A DNA stretch of 64,000 nt from an uncultured Rikenella sp. (lineage in GTDB: Bacteria > Bacteroidota > Bacteroidia > Bacteroidales > VadinHA17): NCBI GenBank assembly GCA_964537135.1, contig CAZHZC010000010.1, positions 3,866 through 67,865 of the forward strand, read 5' to 3'. Of the stretch, positions 35,432 to 43,926 are shown in pieces. The notes beneath the pieces are model-generated. The model did not search any database. It worked only from the letters and a program-made list of their open reading frames with translations, and was not told the DNA's origin. The translations under genes and the position numbers were made by a program. Position 1 is the first letter of the stretch. Each line of letters opens with the position of its first letter.

Positions 35432-36034
35432 TCACTCTTTACCCAGTACCTGCCGTACGATCTTTGCGATGTACTTGCCAATGATGTCAAACTCGATATT
35501 GACTATGGTACCCTTCTCTATCTGATGAAAATTGGTCACCTCCCAGGTGAAGGGAATGATAGCCACCTCAAACGACCGCTCCTGTGAGTTGACCACCGTG
35601 AGACTGACACCGTTCACGCTTACTGACCCCTTCTCTACTGTGATATGCTCCGGCGAGGTGGGCTCATACTCAAAGGTGTAGTACCATGACCCGCCCGCCT
35701 CACGTACCGAGGTGCAGGTGGCGGTCAGGTCAACGTGTCCCTGTACCATGTGACCGTCGAGTCGCCCGTCAAGGCGGGTGCTCCGTTCGAGGTTGACCTT
35801 GTCACCCGGACTGAGCAGCCCCAGGTTGGTCTTCTCCAGCGTCTCCCTGATAGCGGTGACGGTGTAGGTGTCACCGTCGGTTTTTACCACCGTCAGGCAT
35901 ACCCCGCTGTGTGAAATGCTCTGGTCAACCTTCAGCTCATGAGTGAATGAGCACCGCATCGTAATGTGAATATTGTCCTGATCCTGCTCAATGCGTACTA
36001 CAGGGGCTGCCTCCTCAACTATTCCTGAAAACAT
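35432..36034 (-). CDS. ribE: Riboflavin synthase alpha chain
   Basis: It starts MFSGIVEE, has two lumazine-binding repeats (GVCLTV, GVSLTV), and is 200 aa long. Confidence 0.9.
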   Translation of the reverse strand: MFSGIVEEAAPVVRIEQDQDNIHITMRCSFTHELKVDQSISHSGVCLTVVKTDGDTYTVTAIRETLEKTNLGLLSPGDKVNLERSTRLDGRLDGHMVQGHVDLTATCTSVREAGGSWYYTFEYEPTSPEHITVEKGSVSVNGVSLTVVNSQERSFEVAIIPFTWEVTNFHQIEKGTIVNIEFDIIGKYIAKIVRQVLGKE

Positions 36035-36072
36035 GTTACCTCATTTTGTTTGAGGCAAAGATAAAAAATTGA

Positions 36073-39000
36073 CTACACCTTTTCTACCAGCACCTTCACC
36101 ATCTGCTCTTCGATATCGGTCTCTCGGGCACCGCGTGCAGTGAGGTCGCTGCCGGGTGCCAGTGACACCTCACGTGCCAGTGTCTGTGAGGCGATATATC
36201 CGGAGTGCTTCCTCACCGCTTCAGCCACAAAGGGCAGATCCTCAATCATCACCTTGATCTTGTCGGTCACCTCATACTGGTTCTCCTTGCGTATGTTCTG
36301 TATGCGGTTGACAAACTCACGTGCTATCCCTTCATGCAGCAGCTCCTCGGTAACGGTTATGTCGAGAGCCACGGTGAGGCGTCCCTCGTTGGCTACCAGC
36401 CACCCGGGTATATCCTCTGAAATAATCTCCACATCCTCAGTGGTTATACGGAAAGTTTCGCCATTGATCCTCAGCTCACGTGACCCCTCCTTCTCAAAGA
36501 GCGCTATCTCATCCTGTGTCATTGCCATGATAGCTGCACCCGCCTCCTTCATCTGTTTCCCGAAGCGTGGTCCCAGCAGCCGGAAGTTGGGCTTGACGCG
36601 ACGCACCAGCATGCCCGACGTGTCATCCACATACTCCACCTCCCTCACGTTGACCTCAGCCAGTATGAGTCCCTTCACCGCCTCAACCTTCTCCCTGAAT
36701 TTTTTCCCGGTGACCGGCACCATGATCCTGGCCAGCGGCTGCCGAACCCTGATATTCACCTTACGGCGCAGCGCCAGTATCATCGACGAATATTTCTGCG
36801 CTATCTCCATCCGCTCCTCCAGCTCCTTGTCTATCAGGCTCTCATCCCATACGGGGAAGGGCGCCAGGTGTACCGAGCCCTCACTGAAGCCGCCACTCAT
36901 CAGGTTGAGGTCGGTAAAGATACGGTCGGTATAGAAGGGTATGAGCGGTGCCGCCAGACGGGCAACCGTCTCGAGGCAGGTGTAGAGCGTCTGGTAGGCA
37001 GAGAGCTTATCCTCACTGAAGCCGCCACCCCAGTAGCGCTTCCGGTTGAGGCGTACATACCAGTTAGAGAGGTTCTCAGTGACGAAGTCAGAGAGGGCGC
37101 GCCCGGCAGGGGTGAGGTCATAGTCGTCATACCACGCCGTCACATCCTTCACCAGCGTGTTGAGCAGCGAGATGATCCAGCGGTCTATCTCGGGACGACT
37201 CTCCACAGGCACCTGCGGCTCACGGCCGGTGAAGCCGTCAACGTTGGCATAGAGAGCCAGGAAGGAGTAGGTGTTATAGAGCGTTCCGAAGAACTTGCGC
37301 TTCACCTCCTCAACGCCCGACATGTCAAAGCGCAGGTTATCCCATGGCTGTGCGTTGGTGAGCATATACCAGCGCAACGCGTCAGAGCCGTGGTTGCCGA
37401 TAGCCAGGTAGGGGTCAACGGCATTACCCAGCCGCTTGGACATCTTGTTGCCGTTCTTGTCAAGCACCAGTCCGTTGGAGATAATATTCTTGAACGAGAC
37501 CGAGTCGGAGATCATCACGGCGATGGCGTGCAGCGTGAAGAACCACCCGCGGGTCTGGTCAACACCCTCGGCAATGAAGTCGGCCGGGAATTTCTCATCA
37601 AACGTGTCACGGTTCTCAAACGGGTAGTGCGCCTGCGCATAGGGCATCGCCCCCGAGTCGAACCACACATCTATCAGGTCTGTCTCACGATACATCGGCC
37701 TGCCGCTCTGGCTGACAAGCACTATCTCGTCGACGTATGGACGGTGCAGGTCGAGCAGTGAGTAGTTGGCATCGGAGAAGTCGCCCTCCACGAACCGCTC
37801 CAGCGGGTTCTCCTTCATGAAGCCTGCCTCCTTGCTGCGGGCTATCTCCCTCTTAAGCTCAGCCACCGATCCGATACATATCTCCTCCTTGCGGTCTTCA
37901 CTCATCCAGACAGGCAGGGGCGTGCCCCAGTAGCGTGAGCGCGACAGGTTCCAGTCGACCAGGTTCTCCAGCCACTTGCCGAAGCGCCCGGTACCAGTGC
38001 TGGCCGGCTTCCAGTTGATGGTGTTGTTGAGCTCTATCATACGGTCACGCAGGGCGGTGGTACGTATGAACCACGAGTCGAGGGGGTAGTAGAGCACCGG
38101 CTTGTCGGTACGCCAGCAGTGCGGGTAGTTGTGAACCATCTTCTCTATGCGGAACACCTTCCCCTGCTGCTTCAGCGTCACCGCAATATCGATATCGAGG
38201 GTGTCGGCATCAGCCGGAATCGATTCGTCATACTCGTTCTTGACATAGCGACCGGCGAAGCGTGAGTAGCTGGCGGTGCGGACACGCTCTTTCACGAAGG
38301 CGGGGTCGAGATCCTCAACAGGAACCATTCGTCCGCGACGGTCAACCAGCGGACCCATAAAGCCGTCTGACATCTTGACCATCAGTGGCGGTACACCATG
38401 CTCCTTACCTGCACGGTAGTCGTCAGCACCAAAGGTGGGTGCAATATGTACAATGCCGGTACCGTCAACGGTGGTGACAAAGTCGCCGGTGATAACGCGG
38501 AAGGCGCCTGCATCAGGCTCCACCCAGTCGATCAGCTGCTCATAGCTGATGCCGCTGAGCTCACTGCCGGTGTAGCGGCCGGTGACGGTGTACCCGGGCG
38601 ACCGGCCGGGAACGAAGATAGTGCCGAGAAGATCCTCTGCGAGGATAGCGGTGAGAGGCTCCGAGGTGTAGGGATTGACAGTCTTCACCCTCACATAGTT
38701 AATGGCAGATCCTACTGCCAGCGCAGTGTTCGAGGGGAGGGTCCACGGAGTGGTGGTCCACGCCATGATCTTCACACTCTCAGTGCCGGCATCGGTGAAG
38801 AGGAACTGTGACCTCTCATTGCGGATAACATCGAAGAGGGCTATACAGGTGGTATCACTCACATCACGGTAGCAGCCGGGCAGGTTGAGCTCATGTGAGC
38901 TGAGACCGGTGCCGGCGGCAGGTGAGAAAGGCTGTATGGTGTAACCCTCATAGAGGAGGTTCTTGCTGTGAAGCTCCTTGAGCAGCCACCAGAGGGTCTC

Positions 39001-39474
39001 AATGTAACGGTTGTCGTAGGTGATATAAGGATTCTCCATGTCGATCCAGTAACCCATGCGGCGGGTAAGCTCCTCCCAGGCATCGGTGTACTTCATCACG
39101 TCGTGGCGACACGCATCGTTATACTCCTCCACGGATATCTTGGTACCGATATCATCACGGGTGATACCGAGGGCCTTTTCAACACCCAGCTCCACCGGCA
39201 GCCCGTGAGTATCCCACCCCGCCTTGCGCTTCACCTCGTAGCCCTGCATCGTCTTGTAGCGGCAGATGGCATCCTTGATGGCACGTGACATCACATGGTG
39301 AATACCGGGCATACCGTTGGCTGAGGGCGGACCCTCATAAAAGACGTACTCACCCCTGCCGTCACGACTACGCAGTGACCGGCGGAAGGTGTCGTTCTCG
39401 TCCCACATCTTCAACACCTCATCATTCACCTTCTGGAGGTCGAGGCTCTTGTATTCGGGAAATCTCTTCGACAT
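36073..39474 (-). CDS. ileS: Isoleucine--tRNA ligase (long, type 2 form)
   Basis: It has the HIGH-type motif (PSANGMPGIHH), KMSKRLGN, an editing domain, and is 1133 aa long. Confidence 0.95.
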   Translation of the reverse strand: MSKRFPEYKSLDLQKVNDEVLKMWDENDTFRRSLRSRDGRGEYVFYEGPPSANGMPGIHHVMSRAIKDAICRYKTMQGYEVKRKAGWDTHGLPVELGVEKALGITRDDIGTKISVEEYNDACRHDVMKYTDAWEELTRRMGYWIDMENPYITYDNRYIETLWWLLKELHSKNLLYEGYTIQPFSPAAGTGLSSHELNLPGCYRDVSDTTCIALFDVIRNERSQFLFTDAGTESVKIMAWTTTPWTLPSNTALAVGSAINYVRVKTVNPYTSEPLTAILAEDLLGTIFVPGRSPGYTVTGRYTGSELSGISYEQLIDWVEPDAGAFRVITGDFVTTVDGTGIVHIAPTFGADDYRAGKEHGVPPLMVKMSDGFMGPLVDRRGRMVPVEDLDPAFVKERVRTASYSRFAGRYVKNEYDESIPADADTLDIDIAVTLKQQGKVFRIEKMVHNYPHCWRTDKPVLYYPLDSWFIRTTALRDRMIELNNTINWKPASTGTGRFGKWLENLVDWNLSRSRYWGTPLPVWMSEDRKEEICIGSVAELKREIARSKEAGFMKENPLERFVEGDFSDANYSLLDLHRPYVDEIVLVSQSGRPMYRETDLIDVWFDSGAMPYAQAHYPFENRDTFDEKFPADFIAEGVDQTRGWFFTLHAIAVMISDSVSFKNIISNGLVLDKNGNKMSKRLGNAVDPYLAIGNHGSDALRWYMLTNAQPWDNLRFDMSGVEEVKRKFFGTLYNTYSFLALYANVDGFTGREPQVPVESRPEIDRWIISLLNTLVKDVTAWYDDYDLTPAGRALSDFVTENLSNWYVRLNRKRYWGGGFSEDKLSAYQTLYTCLETVARLAAPLIPFYTDRIFTDLNLMSGGFSEGSVHLAPFPVWDESLIDKELEERMEIAQKYSSMILALRRKVNIRVRQPLARIMVPVTGKKFREKVEAVKGLILAEVNVREVEYVDDTSGMLVRRVKPNFRLLGPRFGKQMKEAGAAIMAMTQDEIALFEKEGSRELRINGETFRITTEDVEIISEDIPGWLVANEGRLTVALDITVTEELLHEGIAREFVNRIQNIRKENQYEVTDKIKVMIEDLPFVAEAVRKHSGYIASQTLAREVSLAPGSDLTARGARETDIEEQMVKVLVEKV

Positions 39475-39635
39475 GAAAATAATGACTCTTTTTTACGGCC
39501 TGCAAAGTTAATAAAAGTTGAGAGAATCACCCGTGAGAGCAGCACCTTTAGCGGAGGCGCCACAGGAGGCGGATATTTAAGGTGGAAGCAGGCGAGACGG
39601 CGATAGGTGTGTTAGCGAGAGGCGAGCAGTCGACG

Positions 39636-39780
39636 GGCGAGACGGGCAACCCCGTACCGGACGAGCTGGCATCAGGCGAGCAGGGCAACCCCGTACCGGA
39701 TGAGCTGGCATCAGGTGACCAAGACAACCCCGGGCTGAGCGAATAGGGCAGCCCTGTGCAAGGCGAACACGGCAGCGCAG
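39636..39780. repeat. 39-bp tandem repeat, 2 clean copies plus degenerate flanks
   Basis: Units lie at 39636-39674 and 39675-39713 (ggcgagNNgggcaaccccgtaccggaYgagctggcatca), with a decayed third unit. The array is upstream of ileS. Confidence 0.85.
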
Positions 39781-39909
39781 GTAATGTGAAGCACCTTTCC
39801 TGCCCTGCTCCGGAGTATCTCTGGCAGACAATATTTTACCGTGCAGCGGGTTATAAAGAGGTAGCGGGTACCATAGTATATATGGTGAATAACGTATCTA
39901 AAATTATGT

Positions 39910-39917
39910 TACCTTTG
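39910..39917 (+). promoter_or_regulatory. Candidate -7 box (TACCTTTG)
   Basis: The sequence matches TAnnTTTG 25 nt upstream of the ATG at 39943. Confidence 0.5.
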
Positions 39918-39942
39918 CATATCAATTTTAATACTTGTAGCC

Positions 39943-40320
39943 ATGGCAGAAAAGACAAGATACACGGATGAGGAGCTGGATGAGTTCAGGCAGATAATCA
40001 ATGCCAAGCTCGAGAAGGCCAGGAAAGACTACGAGGTACTGAAGGCAAGCATTACCCATGAGGATAATAACGATACCATGGACACCTCACCCACCTTTAA
40101 GGTGCTGGAAGAGGGAGCTACCACCCTCTCAAAGGAGGAGGCAGGAAGGCTTGCCCAGCGACAGCTGAAATTTATTCAGCACCTGCAGGGAGCACTGGTG
40201 CGTATAGAGAACAAGACCTACGGCATCTGCCGCGAGACAGGCCAGCTCATAGGAAAAGAGCGACTGAGGGCTGTGCCACACGCCACCCTCTCAATGGAAG
40301 CCAAGCTAAGGCAGAAATAG
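39943..40320 (+). CDS. TraR/DksA family transcriptional regulator-like protein
   Basis: The 125-aa product has an N-terminal coiled-coil (EELDEFRQIINAKLEKARKDYE) and the C-terminal segment GICRETGQLIGKERLRAVPHATLSMEAK, typical of the Bacteroidota form that lacks the full 4-Cys finger. Confidence 0.7.
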   Translation: MAEKTRYTDEELDEFRQIINAKLEKARKDYEVLKASITHEDNNDTMDTSPTFKVLEEGATTLSKEEAGRLAQRQLKFIQHLQGALVRIENKTYGICRETGQLIGKERLRAVPHATLSMEAKLRQK

Positions 40321-40360
40321 AGATTCGCCCTCAATGGAGGCTAAGCTCAGACAGAAATAG
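40286..40360. repeat. Tandem duplication of the last ~11 codons plus stop of the DksA-like gene
   Basis: ccctctcaatggaagccaagctaaggcagaaatag (40286-40320) is followed by ccctcaatggaggctaagctcagacagaaatag (40328-40360). Confidence 0.85.
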
Positions 40361-40535
40361 ACTTGCTCAGAAAAAAGCGCCGCACCATCAATGAAGGTCT
40401 GGCTCTGAAAAAACCAGGTGACCCTGAATAGTGTCGAGACAATAGCAGGAAAAACTGAAAATCGAACCGAACTGGTTTTGGTACGTTAAACCGGACTGAG
40501 ACCAGTTTTGTTTTTGTTGAACATAATATCGAGTC

Positions 40536-42062
40536 ATGAAGTACCTGAAGATCCCCATGCTGATAGTGATGATCGCCATGCTGATGACGGCATGTCGTGA
40601 AAAACCTGATGATCCCGTTGATCCGGAGCCGTCGTCAGAGAAAGAGATGGTGGCCTTCGCCATTCATCAGAACCTTAACCCCAGCCTGGAAGAGTCGGTG
40701 GTGGCGCAGGTGACCGACACCGAGATAAGGGTGAAGATACCTGAGCTGGCCGACAAGAAGAACCTGATCGCCTCCTTTGAGTTCAAGGGTGAGACGGTGA
40801 TGGTCAATGACGAAAAGCAGGAGTCGGGCGTCACTGTCCTCGACTTTACCCGGCCGCTAATCTATGTGATAACGGCGGAAGATGGCTCCGAGAAGAGCTA
40901 TACCGTGGTGGTGGAGTGGATCGACAGGCTCAAGTCAACACTGCCACACATATATATAGATCTTGAGGGCGGGGCAGAGATAACCTCCAAGGAGAACTAT
41001 GTCAACGGCACCGTACGTATCGACGGCAAGGGTGAGTATGAAGACTATGAGGGAGCGCTGGGGATAAGGGGAAGGGGCAACACCTCATGGGGACACCCCA
41101 AGAAACCCTACAAGATGAAGCTGGAAGAAAAAGTCTCTCTCTTCGGTATGCACCCCTATAAGGAGTGGGTACTGCTCTCGGTATACCTTGACGGCACGAT
41201 GATGGACAACTCCATACCCTACAAGGCTGCCAGGCTGCTGGAGATGCCCTTCACCAACCATATGCTGCCGGTAGAGCTCACCATCAACGGTGAGTACCGC
41301 GGCGTCTATGTCTTCACCGAGCATAAGGAGGTGGGTGAGCACCGTATCGATGTGGCTGACGGCGTGCTGCTTGAGCTTGATACCTACTATGATGAGGTGT
41401 GGAAGTTCCGCTCAGCAAGCTACAACCTGCCGGTGATGATAGCCTTTCCCAAGGAGAAGAATATGAGCAATGAGCTGCTGGCAGAGATCTCGGGACACTT
41501 CAACCAGTTTGAGGCGCTGGTACACGATGCATCATTTCCTGCCAACAACTACCTCGACTATTTTGATGACCTCTCGTTTGTCAACTATATGATCGTCTAT
41601 CAGCTCACCCTTAACCAGGAGATCAACCACCCCAAGAGCACCTATATCAACAGGCCGGCAGACGGTAAGTACCGTATGGGTATCATCTGGGACTTTGACT
41701 GGGGATACGGGTTTGAACAGGTTTACACTCATTACAGGGTCTCCACAGCCGAGGAGCCGCTCTTCTGGAACAAGAATCCGGAAAGCCTGGGAAGGATATT
41801 TTTCCTTAGGCTGTTTGAAGACCCGCACATGCAGTCGCTCTTCGCTGAGAGATGGGAATGGTTCAGGAGCAACAGATACCCGGAGCTGAGGGAGTATGTC
41901 ACCAGCTGGTCAGAGATAATAGCTCCTGCACTGGCAGATGACCATGAAAAGTGGGGTGCACGCGGCTCCTCAGGTGATGCCGTCACCGACCTGCAGCGGG
42001 TACTGACATGGCTTGACGCCAGGGTGAACTATATCGACAGCTGGGTGGCTGGTTTTAAATGA
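40536..42062 (+). CDS. CotH kinase family lipoprotein
   Basis: It has a lipobox (MLMTAC), an N-terminal Ig-like region and CotH-like motifs (IRGRGNTSWGHPKKPYKMKL, FDWGYG). Confidence 0.7.
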   Translation: MKYLKIPMLIVMIAMLMTACREKPDDPVDPEPSSEKEMVAFAIHQNLNPSLEESVVAQVTDTEIRVKIPELADKKNLIASFEFKGETVMVNDEKQESGVTVLDFTRPLIYVITAEDGSEKSYTVVVEWIDRLKSTLPHIYIDLEGGAEITSKENYVNGTVRIDGKGEYEDYEGALGIRGRGNTSWGHPKKPYKMKLEEKVSLFGMHPYKEWVLLSVYLDGTMMDNSIPYKAARLLEMPFTNHMLPVELTINGEYRGVYVFTEHKEVGEHRIDVADGVLLELDTYYDEVWKFRSASYNLPVMIAFPKEKNMSNELLAEISGHFNQFEALVHDASFPANNYLDYFDDLSFVNYMIVYQLTLNQEINHPKSTYINRPADGKYRMGIIWDFDWGYGFEQVYTHYRVSTAEEPLFWNKNPESLGRIFFLRLFEDPHMQSLFAERWEWFRSNRYPELREYVTSWSEIIAPALADDHEKWGARGSSGDAVTDLQRVLTWLDARVNYIDSWVAGFK

Positions 42063-42078
42063 TCCGTAGCATTGATTC

Positions 42079-42208
42079 GTAGCAGCGACCTGTAGCAGCG
42101 ACCTGTGGCAGCGACCTGTGGCAGTAACCTGTAGCAGTGACCTGTTGCAGCAACCTGTGGCAATGACCTGTGGCAGCGACCCGTAGTAGCGACCTGTAGC
42201 AGCACCCC
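42079..42208. repeat. 13-bp tandem repeat, 10 copies
   Basis: gtagcagcgacct-like units are contiguous from 42079 to 42208, immediately after the CotH stop. Confidence 0.95.
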
Positions 42209-42340
42209 CTTGCAGGTATGACTGTTTGTTAAGGCTGATTAAGTCGGAAATCAGAAATCGGCGCTCAGCAAACGACACCTGCCATACGCCATACAACACA
42301 GGTCGCCCTGCAAACCGGGTGCCGGGCACTGCCGGCCTGG

Positions 42341-43858
42341 CTACGCTGACCTCGCGTGGCGGAAAAAGATGTTGTAGAGGCTGCGGGCGAAGTACCGTAT
42401 ATCGGTGCCTACCGGGTTGCGGTCCCACGAGTCGAAGTACCTGATCTCTGAATCCTGTATCGCCGCCAGGGTGTCGGGCAGATCGGCATAGTAGGGTGGC
42501 AGCAGTCCCGGCTTGTACTTCATCCTGCGCATCCGCGTCTCATCATCATAGAGGCTGATATAGTGGTTTGAGAGCGGACGAACACCAAACAGCCTGATGT
42601 CACCCTTCAGTATGTTGACCACCATGGGAAGCTCATCAAGCCATACACGCCTCGCAAAGCGTCCCCACGCCGTCACCCTGAAATCGTTCTTCATCTTGCC
42701 ACCCTCCTCTATCGAGTGAAGGCCGTAAACGTAGTCCTGTATATACTCTGAATAGGGGTGCATCGTACGCAGCTTGTAGACGTTGAAGGTACGTCCGTCA
42801 CGACCGATACGTGGCAGTGAGATGATCATACCGTAGCTGTTGCCGTTCACCTGGCGTGGTGCTGAGCGTCGCTCGGCACTGATACAGAGCATATCACCAC
42901 CAAACTTCTCCTGCCTGATGGAAAACCCGGCACGACTAAGGCGTCCCAGCGCTTCGGCACGTGAGAAGGGCGGATTGGCACCGCCGGTGATAAACTGCCA
43001 CAGGCTGCGGGTGATACGCATACGCGGCAAGACACGGTTGATAAGGAAGTCGGGAGCAGCCACCAGGTAGTAGATCACCGGTGAGAGGGTCGCACGCAGC
43101 CGCCGGGCACGCTGCTCAAGCGTCTCCACCGAGCAGATAAAGAGCCCCCCGGCAGTGAGCCGGCTGTTGACCACATCAAGGAAATGGTCCAGACGACGTA
43201 TGCTGTTCATGGGCCTCAGGTTGATGATACAGGTGTAGTCGTGGTGCTCAAGGTTCTGTATGTTGAAAGGGTCAGAGGTGGAGACGATAGCCAGCCGGGC
43301 AGCATCATCAGCGCCCACCATCGACGAGATGGCGCCGGCACGCACCTTGGAGCAGCCCTCCTGCAAACGCAGCGTCAGGGCCGGGTCAGGAGTGATATCA
43401 CTCGCCTCATCAGGGTGTGAACGGGCTACCAGCTCACGCTCAGAGAGACGTATCACCTCAGGGGTGATCAGTGGCGCCTTGCGGAAGGCGAAGTAGACCG
43501 ATCCGAAGAGCAGCTCCAGGAAGGTGGCAGTGATAGCGGTGCCAAACACCACCATCCTCGAATACTCCAGGTCACGCATGCCAAAGAGCAGCAGCGCCGC
43601 GAAGCTGGTGGCAATAAGGTTCACCGTGATGACACGCCCGAAGAGGGTACGCAGGTTGATAATACGTCCACGCCCTATCTTGCCTCCGATAAATGAGACA
43701 GTGAGCCAGAGAAAAGCGAGAATACCAAAAAATGTAAGGTGAGAGGTGATATAGGTTTTGAATCCTGCCGGTTTGAGCATCGCCATAAACATATAAGACG
43801 ATGCAAGTATCATCAAATCAGCAGTTAGCGTGTAAACACGAAAGTTCTCCCTTTTCAT
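42341..43858 (-). CDS. Polyprenyl-phosphate glycosyl-1-phosphate transferase (bacterial sugar transferase family) with an atypical central domain
   Basis: The C-terminal segment (PRIGRDGRTFNVYKLRTM...WLDELPMVVNILKGDIRLFGVRP) is diagnostic. There are ~4 N-terminal TM segments. Start trimmed to the ATG at 43858 (MKRENF). Confidence 0.8.
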   Translation of the reverse strand: MKRENFRVYTLTADLMILASSYMFMAMLKPAGFKTYITSHLTFFGILAFLWLTVSFIGGKIGRGRIINLRTLFGRVITVNLIATSFAALLLFGMRDLEYSRMVVFGTAITATFLELLFGSVYFAFRKAPLITPEVIRLSERELVARSHPDEASDITPDPALTLRLQEGCSKVRAGAISSMVGADDAARLAIVSTSDPFNIQNLEHHDYTCIINLRPMNSIRRLDHFLDVVNSRLTAGGLFICSVETLEQRARRLRATLSPVIYYLVAAPDFLINRVLPRMRITRSLWQFITGGANPPFSRAEALGRLSRAGFSIRQEKFGGDMLCISAERRSAPRQVNGNSYGMIISLPRIGRDGRTFNVYKLRTMHPYSEYIQDYVYGLHSIEEGGKMKNDFRVTAWGRFARRVWLDELPMVVNILKGDIRLFGVRPLSNHYISLYDDETRMRRMKYKPGLLPPYYADLPDTLAAIQDSEIRYFDSWDRNPVGTDIRYFARSLYNIFFRHARSA

Positions 43859-43902
43859 TTCCCCAGATTTTCGACAGGATGCCGCAAATATCTCACAACC
43901 GT

Positions 43903-43910
43903 TATCTTTG
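43903..43910 (+). promoter_or_regulatory. Candidate -7 box (TATCTTTG) for the Wzi-like gene
   Basis: The sequence matches TAnnTTTG. It lies inside the ORF-track N-terminal extension and 16 nt before an in-frame GTG at 43927 that opens the signal peptide. Confidence 0.45.
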
Positions 43911-43926
43911 CGGAAAGCCTCAACCC

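Noticed and set aside
36035-36072. An FMN riboswitch upstream of ribE
   Set aside because: Only 38 nt separate ribE from the ileS stop, which is too short for the aptamer. ribE is probably co-transcribed with ileS.
36140-37761. 264-aa and 297-aa plus-strand ORFs inside ileS, and comparable ORFs inside the alpha-2-macroglobulin gene (for example 25491-26201)
   Set aside because: They are antisense to very strongly supported genes. They show Arg/Ser/Pro-rich compositional bias, no start context and no motifs.
39475-39942. A T-box or attenuator leader for ileS
   Set aside because: T-box leaders are not expected in this phylum. The region shows 39-bp tandem repeats rather than a specifier/antiterminator architecture.
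43801-43926. A longer N-terminus for the Wzi-like gene overlapping the divergent sugar transferase start
   Set aside because: The extension contains a consensus -7 promoter box (43903-43910) and would overlap the divergent gene. The signal peptide begins at the in-frame GTG at 43927. ATG 43879 remains a possible alternative.
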